Source: a bacterium
GTDB lineage: Bacteria > UBA10199 > 2-02-FULL-50-16 > JAJFLM01
Assembly: GCA_965216315.1 (NCBI GenBank)
Contig: CBDCFN010000016.1
Span: 1,280,001-1,344,000 of the forward strand
Direction of reading: 5' to 3'
Length of the DNA: 64,000 bases
The position numbers and the translations under genes are program-made. Numbering within the stretch: the stretch's first letter is position 1; each line of letters starts with the position of its first letter. The notes under the pieces were generated by a model. It saw nothing but the letters and a program-made list of their open reading frames with translations. It was not told where the DNA came from and searched no databases. Shown in pieces: positions 17,824 through 28,017 of the stretch.

Positions 17824-20800
17824 ATGGGCAAAGGTAGAAAAGTTGAAGTCAGAACGACTGGTCGCGGAACGTATGGAACCAGCGGTTCGGGCAAGGCACC
17901 TGCCAAGAAGTATAAGGGCGGGTCGAAAATCAAGGTGGGTGGAACTGCTGGAAAAGTCTCAACCGAATCGACTGGTAATAAGAAAGACACGAGTTCCACA
18001 ACAGAGACAACGACGTCCAGAGAGACGGAAGTCAAGATTGAAGACGTCGATAATTATTCAGTCGCAACGGCCTCAACGACTGAGTACACAAACCCCCATA
18101 CGCCAACGGCTAAGAGAAAATCTACCAAGAAACCTGTTACTGTCTATGACAAAAAACCACCAGTAGAGAGTAAAGAGACGAAAAAAGATGAAACAAAAGA
18201 AGATAAGGGTGAAGTCAAAATTGCTGATGCGGTTATATCCGCAGGAGTAAAGGTTTACGATGCCCCGGATATCGCAGCATCCTATAAGAAAGGGAAAGAG
18301 GCCTTTGGTAATATTCCGATTCTTAGTCAGCTTGCCGGACTCGGCTATGGACTCGTTACCCTGGTTAAAAATTACGGCATGGTCGGTAATCGTATTCACA
18401 AAATAGAAGCGCCCAAAATTCCCGAATACAAAGGCGAAGTCAAAGACTGGATGAAGGAAAGCTTCTCCGCCGGTGATGTCATCATCGTTGAAGGTAAGTG
18501 GGCTGAAGTTATCAAAATCGATTCAGTAAAGCTCGAGTATCGCTTCGTCAATGAGACTCAGACACGTACCACTGACGTCACGGATGCCTTGATCCGGCAA
18601 AATGCGGCCGAATTGCCATTGGATGCAATCCGGCCGACAGTAAACGGACTCTCCGGACCACGTCTTGATAAATCGATGCACCGCATCGATCAATACATCA
18701 CAGTCGCGGTCGTCGACGGGAAATATTACTGCGTCGACGGTCATCATCGCCTGCTCTATATGTCAGCCGCCAAGATGCCCAAGGTACGTGTTCGTTACGT
18801 CCATATGACCAAGGCCGAATTAAAGAAGCGCTTAAAGAAGGGCCATGGCACGCGCTACGAAGTTCCTGAAAACCTCGGTGGACTCAAGGTTGATCCGAGT
18901 CGAACCGATGTACCGACCCGAGTGGAGAGAACACGATCCGAACCCACCCCAGATACACGATCCGTTGAAGGCCACGCCGATTATCATGGCGTGGAGAAAA
19001 CACGCAATGAGCGCGAACTCAATAGCTTTGTCGAATATTATACCGGCAATGAAATGAAAAGCCTGACGGATCTTGCTAAGAGTTCTAATCCGGTCATTAG
19101 CAAGGCCGCCACCCAGTTCAGAGGCCGTGTCCTCTTAATCCAACAATGGGTTCGTGCCTACCGGAAACTCGAAGGTATGAATCCCTCGGACCGTCACAAG
19201 GCCGAGCAGGCCCTTATCACGGAAATAAGAAATAGTATGAGCGTACTGGAGAAAGTCGATCCTGTTTTTTGTCAAAATCTATCCATCGCGCTCAAGTTAG
19301 ATCATCAAGTGAGTGCGACTGGTTCTCATCAAAAGGGGGAGCGTGAGCTAATAGATAATTTCTATACCACGATGAATGGAGTCGTTAAAAACGAGCTCAA
19401 AAACTCGCCCTATAATATGATGGAACAACGCTACGGCGAAGTGATGTCGGCGGAGAAGACCCGCCTGAATTCCGTGCGACAGATCCTGAATGTCTTGGTG
19501 TTACATTCGGGCAGTTCGATTCATTACAAAGACCGCGAGGGCAACTTTACGGACATGGCGCCGTATATGAAGAGAAAGAGCGAGGCGGATGCCTCCACAG
19601 CCCAGGTTAATTCCAGTTCCAATAGTACAGGGGTGAAAACAAAAGTGGACCCTGATGCGACCCATGTCGAGCCGTCACGTCAACAGGGAACGCCCTCAGG
19701 TCCCGTCGTGATTGATTACAACCTTGTCCCGCGTGGCAAGGTTTACGGTCTTGATATAACGACTCCGCAGACGGTGTTGGGGTGGACGCGGGTCCAGGTT
19801 GCCGTGCGCAATGAACTGAGCCTCGGCCAACAACTGGAGCTCTATCGTTATCTCTCCGTCGAGGCAGGGTGGAAGAGCGATCAGCTCTCCAAGATGTTCG
19901 GTGCAAAGTGGATGCAGATGCATACAGCAAAGTCATCCGGTTCAAAAGATTCAACGACGAATCCAGTCACATCGACCAAGGCAGATAAGGAATTGGTCGA
20001 TAAGTTCATCGACAGCACCCATCAACCCTACTATCTTGACGTTGTTGATCGTTACTTTACTCCCGACAAAGAACCGGTGACTAAGTTAGCAAGCGAAATG
20101 GGGATACCTAAATTCGCGTTGATCTTGAAATCTACGACTAATAATCCCGCAGCCCGTGAGAACTTTGATGTGCTGCTCCAAAAAGCGACAAGTACTAAGG
20201 CCGAGGCGGCTCATGTAAGAGATTTCCTCAAAACGGCCTCTGTAGACCAGATTTTACTCCTTGTAACCAATACTTCACGTACCGCTGGACGAAGTGGCGT
20301 TGTTTCCTATCTCAGTAATCATGGTTATCTCGACATCTTGAGCGGCGATCCAGCCTCACATGTGTCACGCATTGAAGGGATTAAAGATGTGCCGACACGC
20401 GATCTCTTATTGGCACTTTGCGCCCATCGTGAGTTTCAGCTTCGCAAGGATCATCCCTATAGACAGAACGCCGAAGGCCTCGATCTGTTGCATCGCTTTG
20501 GTATCGATCCCCATGAACATGCGACTTTTCCTTGGAACAGTAAGGATACGATGAATCGTGCCTCCCTTTATTTCCGCGTCAAGGCAGAGAAACGTAACAT
20601 CAATACCATTTTTGCCAAGGCGGCACCGGGCAAAGAAGGCGCCGCCAAGGCACTTGTCGACAAGATGTGGAATCTGATCATGACCCAGGATGTTAAGGAT
20701 ACAAAACTGCCTTTTACGCCGCACGGCTGGCAGCACACCCTCGACGTCGTCAAGCTCCAGCGTGACATCTACAATAGCTCACCGGCCTTGAGAGATGCGC

Positions 20801-21663
20801 TCATCAAGCAATTCGGCTCGGAGGCCAAGGCACTTGCTGTCATGGACGCCGTCGCACTGATGCATGACGTCGGCTACGGTATGCTCAAACCCGGTGAATC
20901 GAAAGGGAAGCACGCCATCCACAGCGGTGAGGCCTTCAAGAGCCAGCTAGCGAAAGATTTCAAAGAGCTCTACGACCTGACAGATAAACAGGTTGAGGAC
21001 ATATTCCTGGCGATCCAGCGCCATGGCGCCGACAAATATGGGAAGCCAGGCTATATGGCGGCCAGTGTCCAAAATAATCCACTCCTCATGATTATTCGTT
21101 TAGCTGATAATCTTGATTCCAGTATCAAAAGACTCCGTTCAGCACAGACGCATCCGCTCTTTCTTGAGGCAATCAAGACAATGTACGCACTTAAGGCGAA
21201 TGGCCAATTTACGAGTGGAGATAAGGCGACTCAGAAGAGCATGTTAGACAAAATCCGCAGAGATTATGCCTTGAAATTCGGTAGTGAGATGGCGCCCAAT
21301 GACGCGAAGTTAGCCAACGAGCTGCTGCGGGAAATGAATCAAGAGAGTTGGCCTCATTTTAAAGGCGCGGAGAGAGTCACTGATGTCAAATTGTCCGTAG
21401 AAAATGGCCAACTCGTCGTGGAATTCCGCATCTTAGGGAGCCATAAAGAAGGAACCGTAACGGAAAAAGACAATTTGCAAGTGGAAGGATCCCAATATCA
21501 ACTCTGGCGTGCCTACGAATCAGCTAAATCGCTCGACTATAACGGCAAACCCATCATCTTTCGCTACAAGGAGATGTCGGAAGCGGATCACCATAATCTC
21601 GAGCCGGCGGCCGTCATTGGTGACAATAAGGTATATCATCCGGACAAGAAGCAGGCTAATTAA
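17824..21663 (+). CDS. Multidomain cargo-like protein: shared N-terminal tag, ParB/Srx-like domain, WKS module, C-terminal HD domain
   Basis: VDGHHRL (ParB/Srx fold). FTPHGWQH...MHDVGY...H...QRH...LADNLD (HD fold). Confidence 0.8.
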   Translation: MGKGRKVEVRTTGRGTYGTSGSGKAPAKKYKGGSKIKVGGTAGKVSTESTGNKKDTSSTTETTTSRETEVKIEDVDNYSVATASTTEYTNPHTPTAKRKSTKKPVTVYDKKPPVESKETKKDETKEDKGEVKIADAVISAGVKVYDAPDIAASYKKGKEAFGNIPILSQLAGLGYGLVTLVKNYGMVGNRIHKIEAPKIPEYKGEVKDWMKESFSAGDVIIVEGKWAEVIKIDSVKLEYRFVNETQTRTTDVTDALIRQNAAELPLDAIRPTVNGLSGPRLDKSMHRIDQYITVAVVDGKYYCVDGHHRLLYMSAAKMPKVRVRYVHMTKAELKKRLKKGHGTRYEVPENLGGLKVDPSRTDVPTRVERTRSEPTPDTRSVEGHADYHGVEKTRNERELNSFVEYYTGNEMKSLTDLAKSSNPVISKAATQFRGRVLLIQQWVRAYRKLEGMNPSDRHKAEQALITEIRNSMSVLEKVDPVFCQNLSIALKLDHQVSATGSHQKGERELIDNFYTTMNGVVKNELKNSPYNMMEQRYGEVMSAEKTRLNSVRQILNVLVLHSGSSIHYKDREGNFTDMAPYMKRKSEADASTAQVNSSSNSTGVKTKVDPDATHVEPSRQQGTPSGPVVIDYNLVPRGKVYGLDITTPQTVLGWTRVQVAVRNELSLGQQLELYRYLSVEAGWKSDQLSKMFGAKWMQMHTAKSSGSKDSTTNPVTSTKADKELVDKFIDSTHQPYYLDVVDRYFTPDKEPVTKLASEMGIPKFALILKSTTNNPAARENFDVLLQKATSTKAEAAHVRDFLKTASVDQILLLVTNTSRTAGRSGVVSYLSNHGYLDILSGDPASHVSRIEGIKDVPTRDLLLALCAHREFQLRKDHPYRQNAEGLDLLHRFGIDPHEHATFPWNSKDTMNRASLYFRVKAEKRNINTIFAKAAPGKEGAAKALVDKMWNLIMTQDVKDTKLPFTPHGWQHTLDVVKLQRDIYNSSPALRDALIKQFGSEAKALAVMDAVALMHDVGYGMLKPGESKGKHAIHSGEAFKSQLAKDFKELYDLTDKQVEDIFLAIQRHGADKYGKPGYMAASVQNNPLLMIIRLADNLDSSIKRLRSAQTHPLFLEAIKTMYALKANGQFTSGDKATQKSMLDKIRRDYALKFGSEMAPNDAKLANELLREMNQESWPHFKGAERVTDVKLSVENGQLVVEFRILGSHKEGTVTEKDNLQVEGSQYQLWRAYESAKSLDYNGKPIIFRYKEMSEADHHNLEPAAVIGDNKVYHPDKKQAN

Positions 21664-23682
21664 ATGGGCAAGCACGTCAAGAGAACGAGGCGCACTGGTG
21701 GTGCCCATCAAACTACCACAACGAAAGCACCTGCGAAGAAGTTTAAGGGGGCAAGTGGAGGCGTTTCGAGTAGCTCATCCGTTGGGAAAACGACTAAGTC
21801 GATGCAGAGTTCAGCAGCACGCAAAAGTGAAGACAAGATTGTTGAGCACAAGATCGATGATATCGACGTCTACACGGTAGCTACCCGCCCAGATGAGTCG
21901 GTTTCGAAATCCAGTTCAATTAGGACAGAGAAAAAATCAGTCCAAAAAGGAGTGACTGTCTATCAAAAAAAGGCTCCAGCTCAAATTAATAGCCCAGGCA
22001 ACAACATTAAAAGATCGATGAAGAAAGTTAGAGAGCTTGTCGCCTCTATCCTGGGGTTTTCCATCTTCTTTACCCCCGATGTATCCGAAGCGACAGTACG
22101 TGGAAGTGAAATAGCCTCTCAGACACCTATGATCGGTTATCTTTTCGGGGTGATCTTGGCGACGGCCACGATGTTGTATAAACCACGAACAACAAATCAA
22201 CCAAAGCGTCAACCCAAAGACTTTGTCGTCATAGACATCAGCAACATCACTGAAAAGGCGCAGGCAAAAACAAAATTGAATGAGGGATTAATCGGTAGAA
22301 AAAATATCCGGCTTGTCGAGAACTCTATTGAGACTCAGGCGAAGGATCGCTTCATGGCAGTTCTAAAGGCCGTCATGACACATAATTACAAAGGGGATAT
22401 TGAGGTCATTGATTCAGCCGGCAAGCTGCTGTGGAAAAAAAATGGAAATACGATTAGCGGACAGCTGACCGGTCGTTGGTTGAAGGAATATTATCTGAAT
22501 AACTCAGGTTTCAAGGCCGGCAATCGCTTCTTTAGCGTGCGCAACGATCTTGCCGCCATGAAGACGAGCCGCAAAATTGAGTTTGAGGAGGCCCCTAATC
22601 TGCTGAGTGAGATCGCTGTCATGGATCTCGCCACGGCAACGACCCCCCGCGGGAGCAAGAATCCCGTAATTCCGACTCAGAACTTGGTTAATTGGATCAC
22701 TCAAGGAACAGGACTCGCTAGGACGACACATGGCAATGCACGAAGACGCAAATACCAGAATGTAATGAAAGAACACGGTCCCTACGCAGAGGGCTTTAAG
22801 GTCGATGGGAGTGATCATTGGACCAAAGCCTTCCAGGCCATGCAGACATGGCTCAATCGCGATAGTGCGAATATTAAGAAACTGAAACAGACGTTTGAGT
22901 ATCTACAGCGTGACTCAGTCGGATCGTTGAGCTATGAACATAATGCCTTTCATCTCGCCAAATTGTTCGCGGATGGCAATACAAAGGATATCGATGCCGG
23001 CTTGAATCGTCTCAATCAATTTTATGCCAAGACGAACGGCCAATTTCAAATCAGCGGTGCGACCTTTAATGTTTTCTTCGAGAGTAAGGAGGGCTCAGCG
23101 GCCGAGCGACGTAGCCTCGATTCGATTCGGCTTGCGGCCCAGGACTATATAGCGGAGGGCTATCATTTTAAGATTGAAGTGATTCCGACATCAAAGAATT
23201 TTTCGGCACCAACGCCTGACTATCGCGTTGAAGCCTCGAAAAACGGAACCAGGCAGACTTTCATCATTGAGGTGAAGAGTTTTGCCAATCTGCTGGGATC
23301 AGGTGAAAAAGCCGCTGATTATCTAACATTCCTGCGCAGTGGCTACAATGTCGGAAAGATTAAAAACGGGGCACCGCCCATCGCTCAGCAGATCGGGCAT
23401 GGTCTCCATCAACTCCATGATTATAGCGGGAAAAATTCAAATGACATGCGCATCTTAGAGATCCATGTCGGTAAGAAGCCCAATACTGAAGTCCTTGGAC
23501 ACCTTCAGACCTTCATTAATGAGAACCCTCACTCGATCATCAGAATCGTCTATCCGGAAACAAAAAAAGCTAATGGCATCATCAAGACAGTCCGTACCAG
23601 GATCAATCTCATTCCAGCGAAGAACTCTAAATACGATGATTACGGCAAAAAATCCGACCCGTTTGCCGCCTTGGATTACTAG
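21664..23682 (+). CDS. Cargo-like protein: shared N-terminal tag, C-terminal PD-(D/E)xK nuclease-like domain
   Basis: AERRS...PTPDYRV...IIEVKSF. ATG directly follows the stop of the previous gene. Confidence 0.75.
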   Translation: MGKHVKRTRRTGGAHQTTTTKAPAKKFKGASGGVSSSSSVGKTTKSMQSSAARKSEDKIVEHKIDDIDVYTVATRPDESVSKSSSIRTEKKSVQKGVTVYQKKAPAQINSPGNNIKRSMKKVRELVASILGFSIFFTPDVSEATVRGSEIASQTPMIGYLFGVILATATMLYKPRTTNQPKRQPKDFVVIDISNITEKAQAKTKLNEGLIGRKNIRLVENSIETQAKDRFMAVLKAVMTHNYKGDIEVIDSAGKLLWKKNGNTISGQLTGRWLKEYYLNNSGFKAGNRFFSVRNDLAAMKTSRKIEFEEAPNLLSEIAVMDLATATTPRGSKNPVIPTQNLVNWITQGTGLARTTHGNARRRKYQNVMKEHGPYAEGFKVDGSDHWTKAFQAMQTWLNRDSANIKKLKQTFEYLQRDSVGSLSYEHNAFHLAKLFADGNTKDIDAGLNRLNQFYAKTNGQFQISGATFNVFFESKEGSAAERRSLDSIRLAAQDYIAEGYHFKIEVIPTSKNFSAPTPDYRVEASKNGTRQTFIIEVKSFANLLGSGEKAADYLTFLRSGYNVGKIKNGAPPIAQQIGHGLHQLHDYSGKNSNDMRILEIHVGKKPNTEVLGHLQTFINENPHSIIRIVYPETKKANGIIKTVRTRINLIPAKNSKYDDYGKKSDPFAALDY

Positions 23683-23688
23683 AATAAC

Positions 23689-23783
23689 TGTATCGAAACG
23701 ATACATATTGGGGGCTCTTCGTGGTCAGAATATCTTATAACTAGTTGTAATTATTAGATTTAGATCGTGGCACAGGGCTTGCA
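23689..23783 (+). promoter_or_regulatory. Sigma-54 promoter TGGCAC-AGGGC-TTGCA (23768-23783) with TGTATCG-AAA-CGATACA enhancer
   Basis: Canonical -24/-12. Perfect palindrome 79 bp upstream. Confidence 0.85.
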
Positions 23784-23798
23784 ATGTAGTTTACTGTC

Positions 23799-26700
23799 AT
23801 GGGAGAAACAGCCAAAGTTACAGGCTCTTCAGCTGCGGTCGATCAGCAACAAGGCGTTGACACTGAAAAGGGCTCGGATAGCGACAAGACGAATAAGTCT
23901 CAAGTTAAGATAAACGGTCCGGTTATCGATGCCTTTACGCAGGCCGGTACCACTGCGATGTCATTGGTCCATGGTGGTTTCATGCTGCCCTTTGCTGTCA
24001 GTCAGTACCATGGCAAGGTTTATCAAGGTCAAATAGCCGAAGCGGAGAAGGAAGAGAAGTCTATTGAAGATTATGCCAAGAAGGCAGAGGCCGCAACCGA
24101 TCCCAAGACTAAAAATGACCTCTATTCGCGTGTCCTCTATTTCGGACGGCGACGCCTGACCAAACCTTTTTCCAGCGATGATGCCAAACTGAAATGGCGA
24201 TTAAAAGTTGCCAACTGGGCGATAGAGAACCAGGACTACCATATAGCCTACGATCTCTTAGTAACGACACACGCCGGTGTTGCGGGATCGATGAGCGGAT
24301 CACCAATTCTTTATAATATCAAGGATCCTGCACATGAGCAGGCCGTCATCAAACTCTTTTCCATTACCACCGACCAATGGATTACTGCAGCCGATGCCAA
24401 GCATCAATTAGGAGACCTGGATGCGTCCGGTTCCATTATTCAAAAGGCCTTTAAGGTAAATGTCTGGAAGACGAAGCGCATCAAAGCTGGCGTAAACAAT
24501 GGTCGACTTGGTGTTTACTTTCAGTTTGGGAAAGAGGAACAGGATAACAGAGCTCTGTTGATGAAGAAAAAAGACGCATATAAACAATCAACGGATCAGA
24601 TTTTGGCAAAATATAATAAAATCGATCAGGAAAAATTGGTCGGCTTACTGATAGAATCGGGAGCCGCAATGCTGGGATTTCTCGACATTGGAAACGTAAT
24701 TAGTGGAAAAGCAATGTCTGATGTCAGTAAGAATGTCGATGGCATTAAAGAATTATTTAAAGATCACGGTTTAAATAAGGCGTTAGTCGAAGACATTAAG
24801 AAACGCGAAGCTGAATTGGCGACAATCAAGCCAACGACGGATGCGAATCGCAGAAGAATTGCCGCGCTCAGTAAGCAAATAGAGCACAATAGACAGGCTA
24901 TTGAGAAGATCAAAATCCTCGATCAACTCCGCAAAGAGATCAAGCATTTAGATATAGATGATATGATCGATAAGACGCAGGTAAAGATTGTCACATCAGC
25001 GCTTAACTCCTTACCCTTAGCTTATTTCGAGGGTAATGATGAGTATAATGCAATCATCAACTATGCGTATGCGGAAAAGCAGCAAGGGAAGGTAATCGAC
25101 TGGATCCTCAGTAAGCATCCTCAGGGTTTTCGCCAGGCCCTTCACTACAATATCGAAACCGATGACGTCTGTTATGACCGCAAATTAGGCAAAGAGCTTG
25201 ATTCATGTGTTGATTACTATGAGATGGATCCTAAGGATGCTCCCGATCTTCCATTTAGCAAGGTTTTTCGAAAGAGCAATGATGCCGATATCGTACGTCT
25301 TATGAAGTATATCGACAAGGTAAAAACCTATGATCTCATACCCGGCGGAAAGATTGGGATGCAGGGAAACTTTGATAATAGTCGTCATATTTATGTCCAC
25401 ACGATAAGTGATCTAAGAGCCCTAACAAAGTCTATTAATAAAACCTTTGGTGTCGATGAACTTCCCACAGGGATACAGAAAGGCATTCTGGAGGTTGAAA
25501 AGCTGGAAAATGACGAAAACAAGGAAGACGACAGCCATCAGCGCGTTCTCGCTCTGAATGAGAGCCTGGGGCGGATTGACGATTATGCTAAGCGCATGAA
25601 GGGGCTCGAGAATCTGTTGGCGACAACGAAAAACGCCGCGACGCCGAACGATATTCCTTCATCGGCTGATCTGCGGGCCTTTGTCGATGAGTCCTTAAAG
25701 GATACCGATGCCTTGATCAAAAGCCTCGAGGCAAGAAAGACCTACTTAGAAAATATCATCATCACTAAAGATAATCGTTGGCTCGGTCAGCCACCGGATG
25801 CGGAATGGAAGGCGATCAAGTGGCGCAAAAAAGAATTTAAAGAAGTTAAGGAAGATCTGCAGAAACTCTACTCGGCACGAACGGGACTCAAGACCTTTCA
25901 AGCTAATTACGTCCATGACAATAAACATATGAAGGTCAATGCCGATACGATCGAGACCTTTAAATTGATGCACTTTGACGGCATCCTGCTAGCCGAAGCC
26001 CGTCACGCCCGGCGTCTCATGGAAGGGGAATGCGTAATGGTTGACGGGATTCCTATCTTGAAGAAAAAAGGCGATCCCGCCGGAGCGCGCGATGTCAGCC
26101 CAATTCATAGTGAGATGACCTTGGATATGAATCCTTACGAATATTTTATTAACTCGAAACGTGACCTGACGGGTCAATCGAAGACACCGAAGCCGGTAAC
26201 GATTACTTCTGAGCACATTGCGGCCTATCATAAGCGCTTCAGTGAACTGCGGCAGCGCTTGAGTAAGGTCGCACTGGCCCGGAGCGTCGATGCCAAGATC
26301 ATCGTATTGAAGAAGCAGGCCGAGACTGTTAACGATAACGATTGGTTTTCATTGAAAACGGTTGAAAACTTCGGACGCTTTCTGGCCGATTCGACGTTTT
26401 GGGACGTCGACCCGAAGGCGTATGACGACAAAGACCCTTTCAATTTCATGGCGGCACGCTACATGCAGGTCCGAAACGAAATCAACCAGGCCCATAATAA
26501 TAACGATGCGGATAAGTTCTTCTCGGCCCAGGTCCATTTTCTCCAGTTGGAGCACGCCAGCGATCACAGTTTCCTTGATAAAGTCTTTAAAGAAGCGGAG
26601 TTCGCATACAATCTCAAAGTCGGTGTCACTGTTGTAACCCTCAGTGCCTTTACGGCGGGCATCGCGGATAAGTTGATGGCGCCGATGCTCGTCCGTCTCG

Positions 26701-28001
26701 CAATGACAGGACGCTACGGGATGGCCGCAGCGCGCATCGCTCAGCCCTTGATCTGGAACGGGACCTTTGTCGCCGGCAATCGCATCTATGGCGGAGCCTT
26801 TCAAGACGGCTGGAGCGGGGCCTGGAAGGGGGCCAAGAGCATCGTCCAAGATCCGCTCGGCTTCGGCATCGAGACGATCAAGATGGCCCTGATGATGAAA
26901 TTTATTGGCGGAACCGGCCGCGCCTCGCACAAACTGTTTAATAAGCTCGTCGGCAATAAGGCCCAAGCCTATTTACAAAAGATGAAGATCCCCATCGTCG
27001 AGAATGGCGTTGTTCGCATGCCGACCGGCTGGCAAATCGCGAAAGAAATGTTCGCCTACGGGACCGTGCGCATCGCGCGGCCCACCTGGATGTTTGGCGC
27101 CGAGGTTGGGGGCTTCCAGCTCTGGGAGGCCCTCGATAAGACCGGGCTCCAGCTCTGGCATACCGGCTCCATAGATCCCGTCGGCAATTTGCAGCACGCC
27201 TTCGAATGGAAGCAAATTAAGCACGGTGGCCAATTCATAATCGGGCTTCGTTTAGGTCACGTCCTCTCTCTACCGGTTACCAAGCCGATCAATAACGCGA
27301 CGGAAAAATGGATCTATAAAAAATTTGAAACGGAATTTGCGGAGTATAACAAGTTTACCGAAGAGACCATAGCCGCTATTCGTCGCTTTGATCCGGAGAA
27401 AGGCGATCACGAGGCCTTTGTAAAAGATATGCGCAGCCGCCTCAAAAAACATCGTAAGTTTCTCGACCGTTTCCCTAAGGATATCACTTATGTCAATGAA
27501 CATAAGTTCTTTAATGAGCAGTTGGGCAAGCAACTCGACTATTTTGAGACAACTTATAAGGCAACGGCTCCCATCTTTGCTAAGGGAAATTCCTATGGGG
27601 TCAGTGCGATGGTCGTCAGTGATAAATACAAGACGAAGATGGACTTAGAACTCGAAGTGGCCACCGGAATTAACTACACGTTCTCTAATCATCGTGGCCC
27701 TGAGCTCGTGACCGCCTTGCATGAGTCACCCTCCGTGAATTCCCTCCGTGTCTTCGATAACGGGGTCATTCAGGCAGAAATCACGCATCCGCTGACCCAA
27801 CAAACGCATTCCGTCGTGTTCATACCTAAAGGTGCCGTAAATGGGAGTCACGTGACCAAGATGCAGGCGACGGCTGCGAGCCCGAAACCGAAGCCCAAAC
27901 CCGATCTCAAGGTGATTCAAGGCGGCGGCGAGACGACCACGACACAGACGAAACCAACGCCAAAGACGACGACGGCACAGCCGAAAAAAATCGCCAAGTA
28001 A
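23799..28001 (+). CDS. Giant coiled-coil protein with the shared hydrophobic core and no C-terminal enzyme domain
   Basis: 1400-aa ORF. Core at ~26600-27835 aligns by eye with the other two giants. Ends in a Pro/Lys/Thr-rich tail. Confidence 0.8.
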   Translation: MGETAKVTGSSAAVDQQQGVDTEKGSDSDKTNKSQVKINGPVIDAFTQAGTTAMSLVHGGFMLPFAVSQYHGKVYQGQIAEAEKEEKSIEDYAKKAEAATDPKTKNDLYSRVLYFGRRRLTKPFSSDDAKLKWRLKVANWAIENQDYHIAYDLLVTTHAGVAGSMSGSPILYNIKDPAHEQAVIKLFSITTDQWITAADAKHQLGDLDASGSIIQKAFKVNVWKTKRIKAGVNNGRLGVYFQFGKEEQDNRALLMKKKDAYKQSTDQILAKYNKIDQEKLVGLLIESGAAMLGFLDIGNVISGKAMSDVSKNVDGIKELFKDHGLNKALVEDIKKREAELATIKPTTDANRRRIAALSKQIEHNRQAIEKIKILDQLRKEIKHLDIDDMIDKTQVKIVTSALNSLPLAYFEGNDEYNAIINYAYAEKQQGKVIDWILSKHPQGFRQALHYNIETDDVCYDRKLGKELDSCVDYYEMDPKDAPDLPFSKVFRKSNDADIVRLMKYIDKVKTYDLIPGGKIGMQGNFDNSRHIYVHTISDLRALTKSINKTFGVDELPTGIQKGILEVEKLENDENKEDDSHQRVLALNESLGRIDDYAKRMKGLENLLATTKNAATPNDIPSSADLRAFVDESLKDTDALIKSLEARKTYLENIIITKDNRWLGQPPDAEWKAIKWRKKEFKEVKEDLQKLYSARTGLKTFQANYVHDNKHMKVNADTIETFKLMHFDGILLAEARHARRLMEGECVMVDGIPILKKKGDPAGARDVSPIHSEMTLDMNPYEYFINSKRDLTGQSKTPKPVTITSEHIAAYHKRFSELRQRLSKVALARSVDAKIIVLKKQAETVNDNDWFSLKTVENFGRFLADSTFWDVDPKAYDDKDPFNFMAARYMQVRNEINQAHNNNDADKFFSAQVHFLQLEHASDHSFLDKVFKEAEFAYNLKVGVTVVTLSAFTAGIADKLMAPMLVRLAMTGRYGMAAARIAQPLIWNGTFVAGNRIYGGAFQDGWSGAWKGAKSIVQDPLGFGIETIKMALMMKFIGGTGRASHKLFNKLVGNKAQAYLQKMKIPIVENGVVRMPTGWQIAKEMFAYGTVRIARPTWMFGAEVGGFQLWEALDKTGLQLWHTGSIDPVGNLQHAFEWKQIKHGGQFIIGLRLGHVLSLPVTKPINNATEKWIYKKFETEFAEYNKFTEETIAAIRRFDPEKGDHEAFVKDMRSRLKKHRKFLDRFPKDITYVNEHKFFNEQLGKQLDYFETTYKATAPIFAKGNSYGVSAMVVSDKYKTKMDLELEVATGINYTFSNHRGPELVTALHESPSVNSLRVFDNGVIQAEITHPLTQQTHSVVFIPKGAVNGSHVTKMQATAASPKPKPKPDLKVIQGGGETTTTQTKPTPKTTTAQPKKIAK

Positions 28002-28017
28002 AAACGGATCAATCGAT

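Noticed and set aside
19005..20020. Short repeats ERELNSFV / ERELIDNF / DKELVDKF in the 17824 protein
   Set aside because: Too short and degenerate to separate from generic amphipathic helix starts without an alignment.
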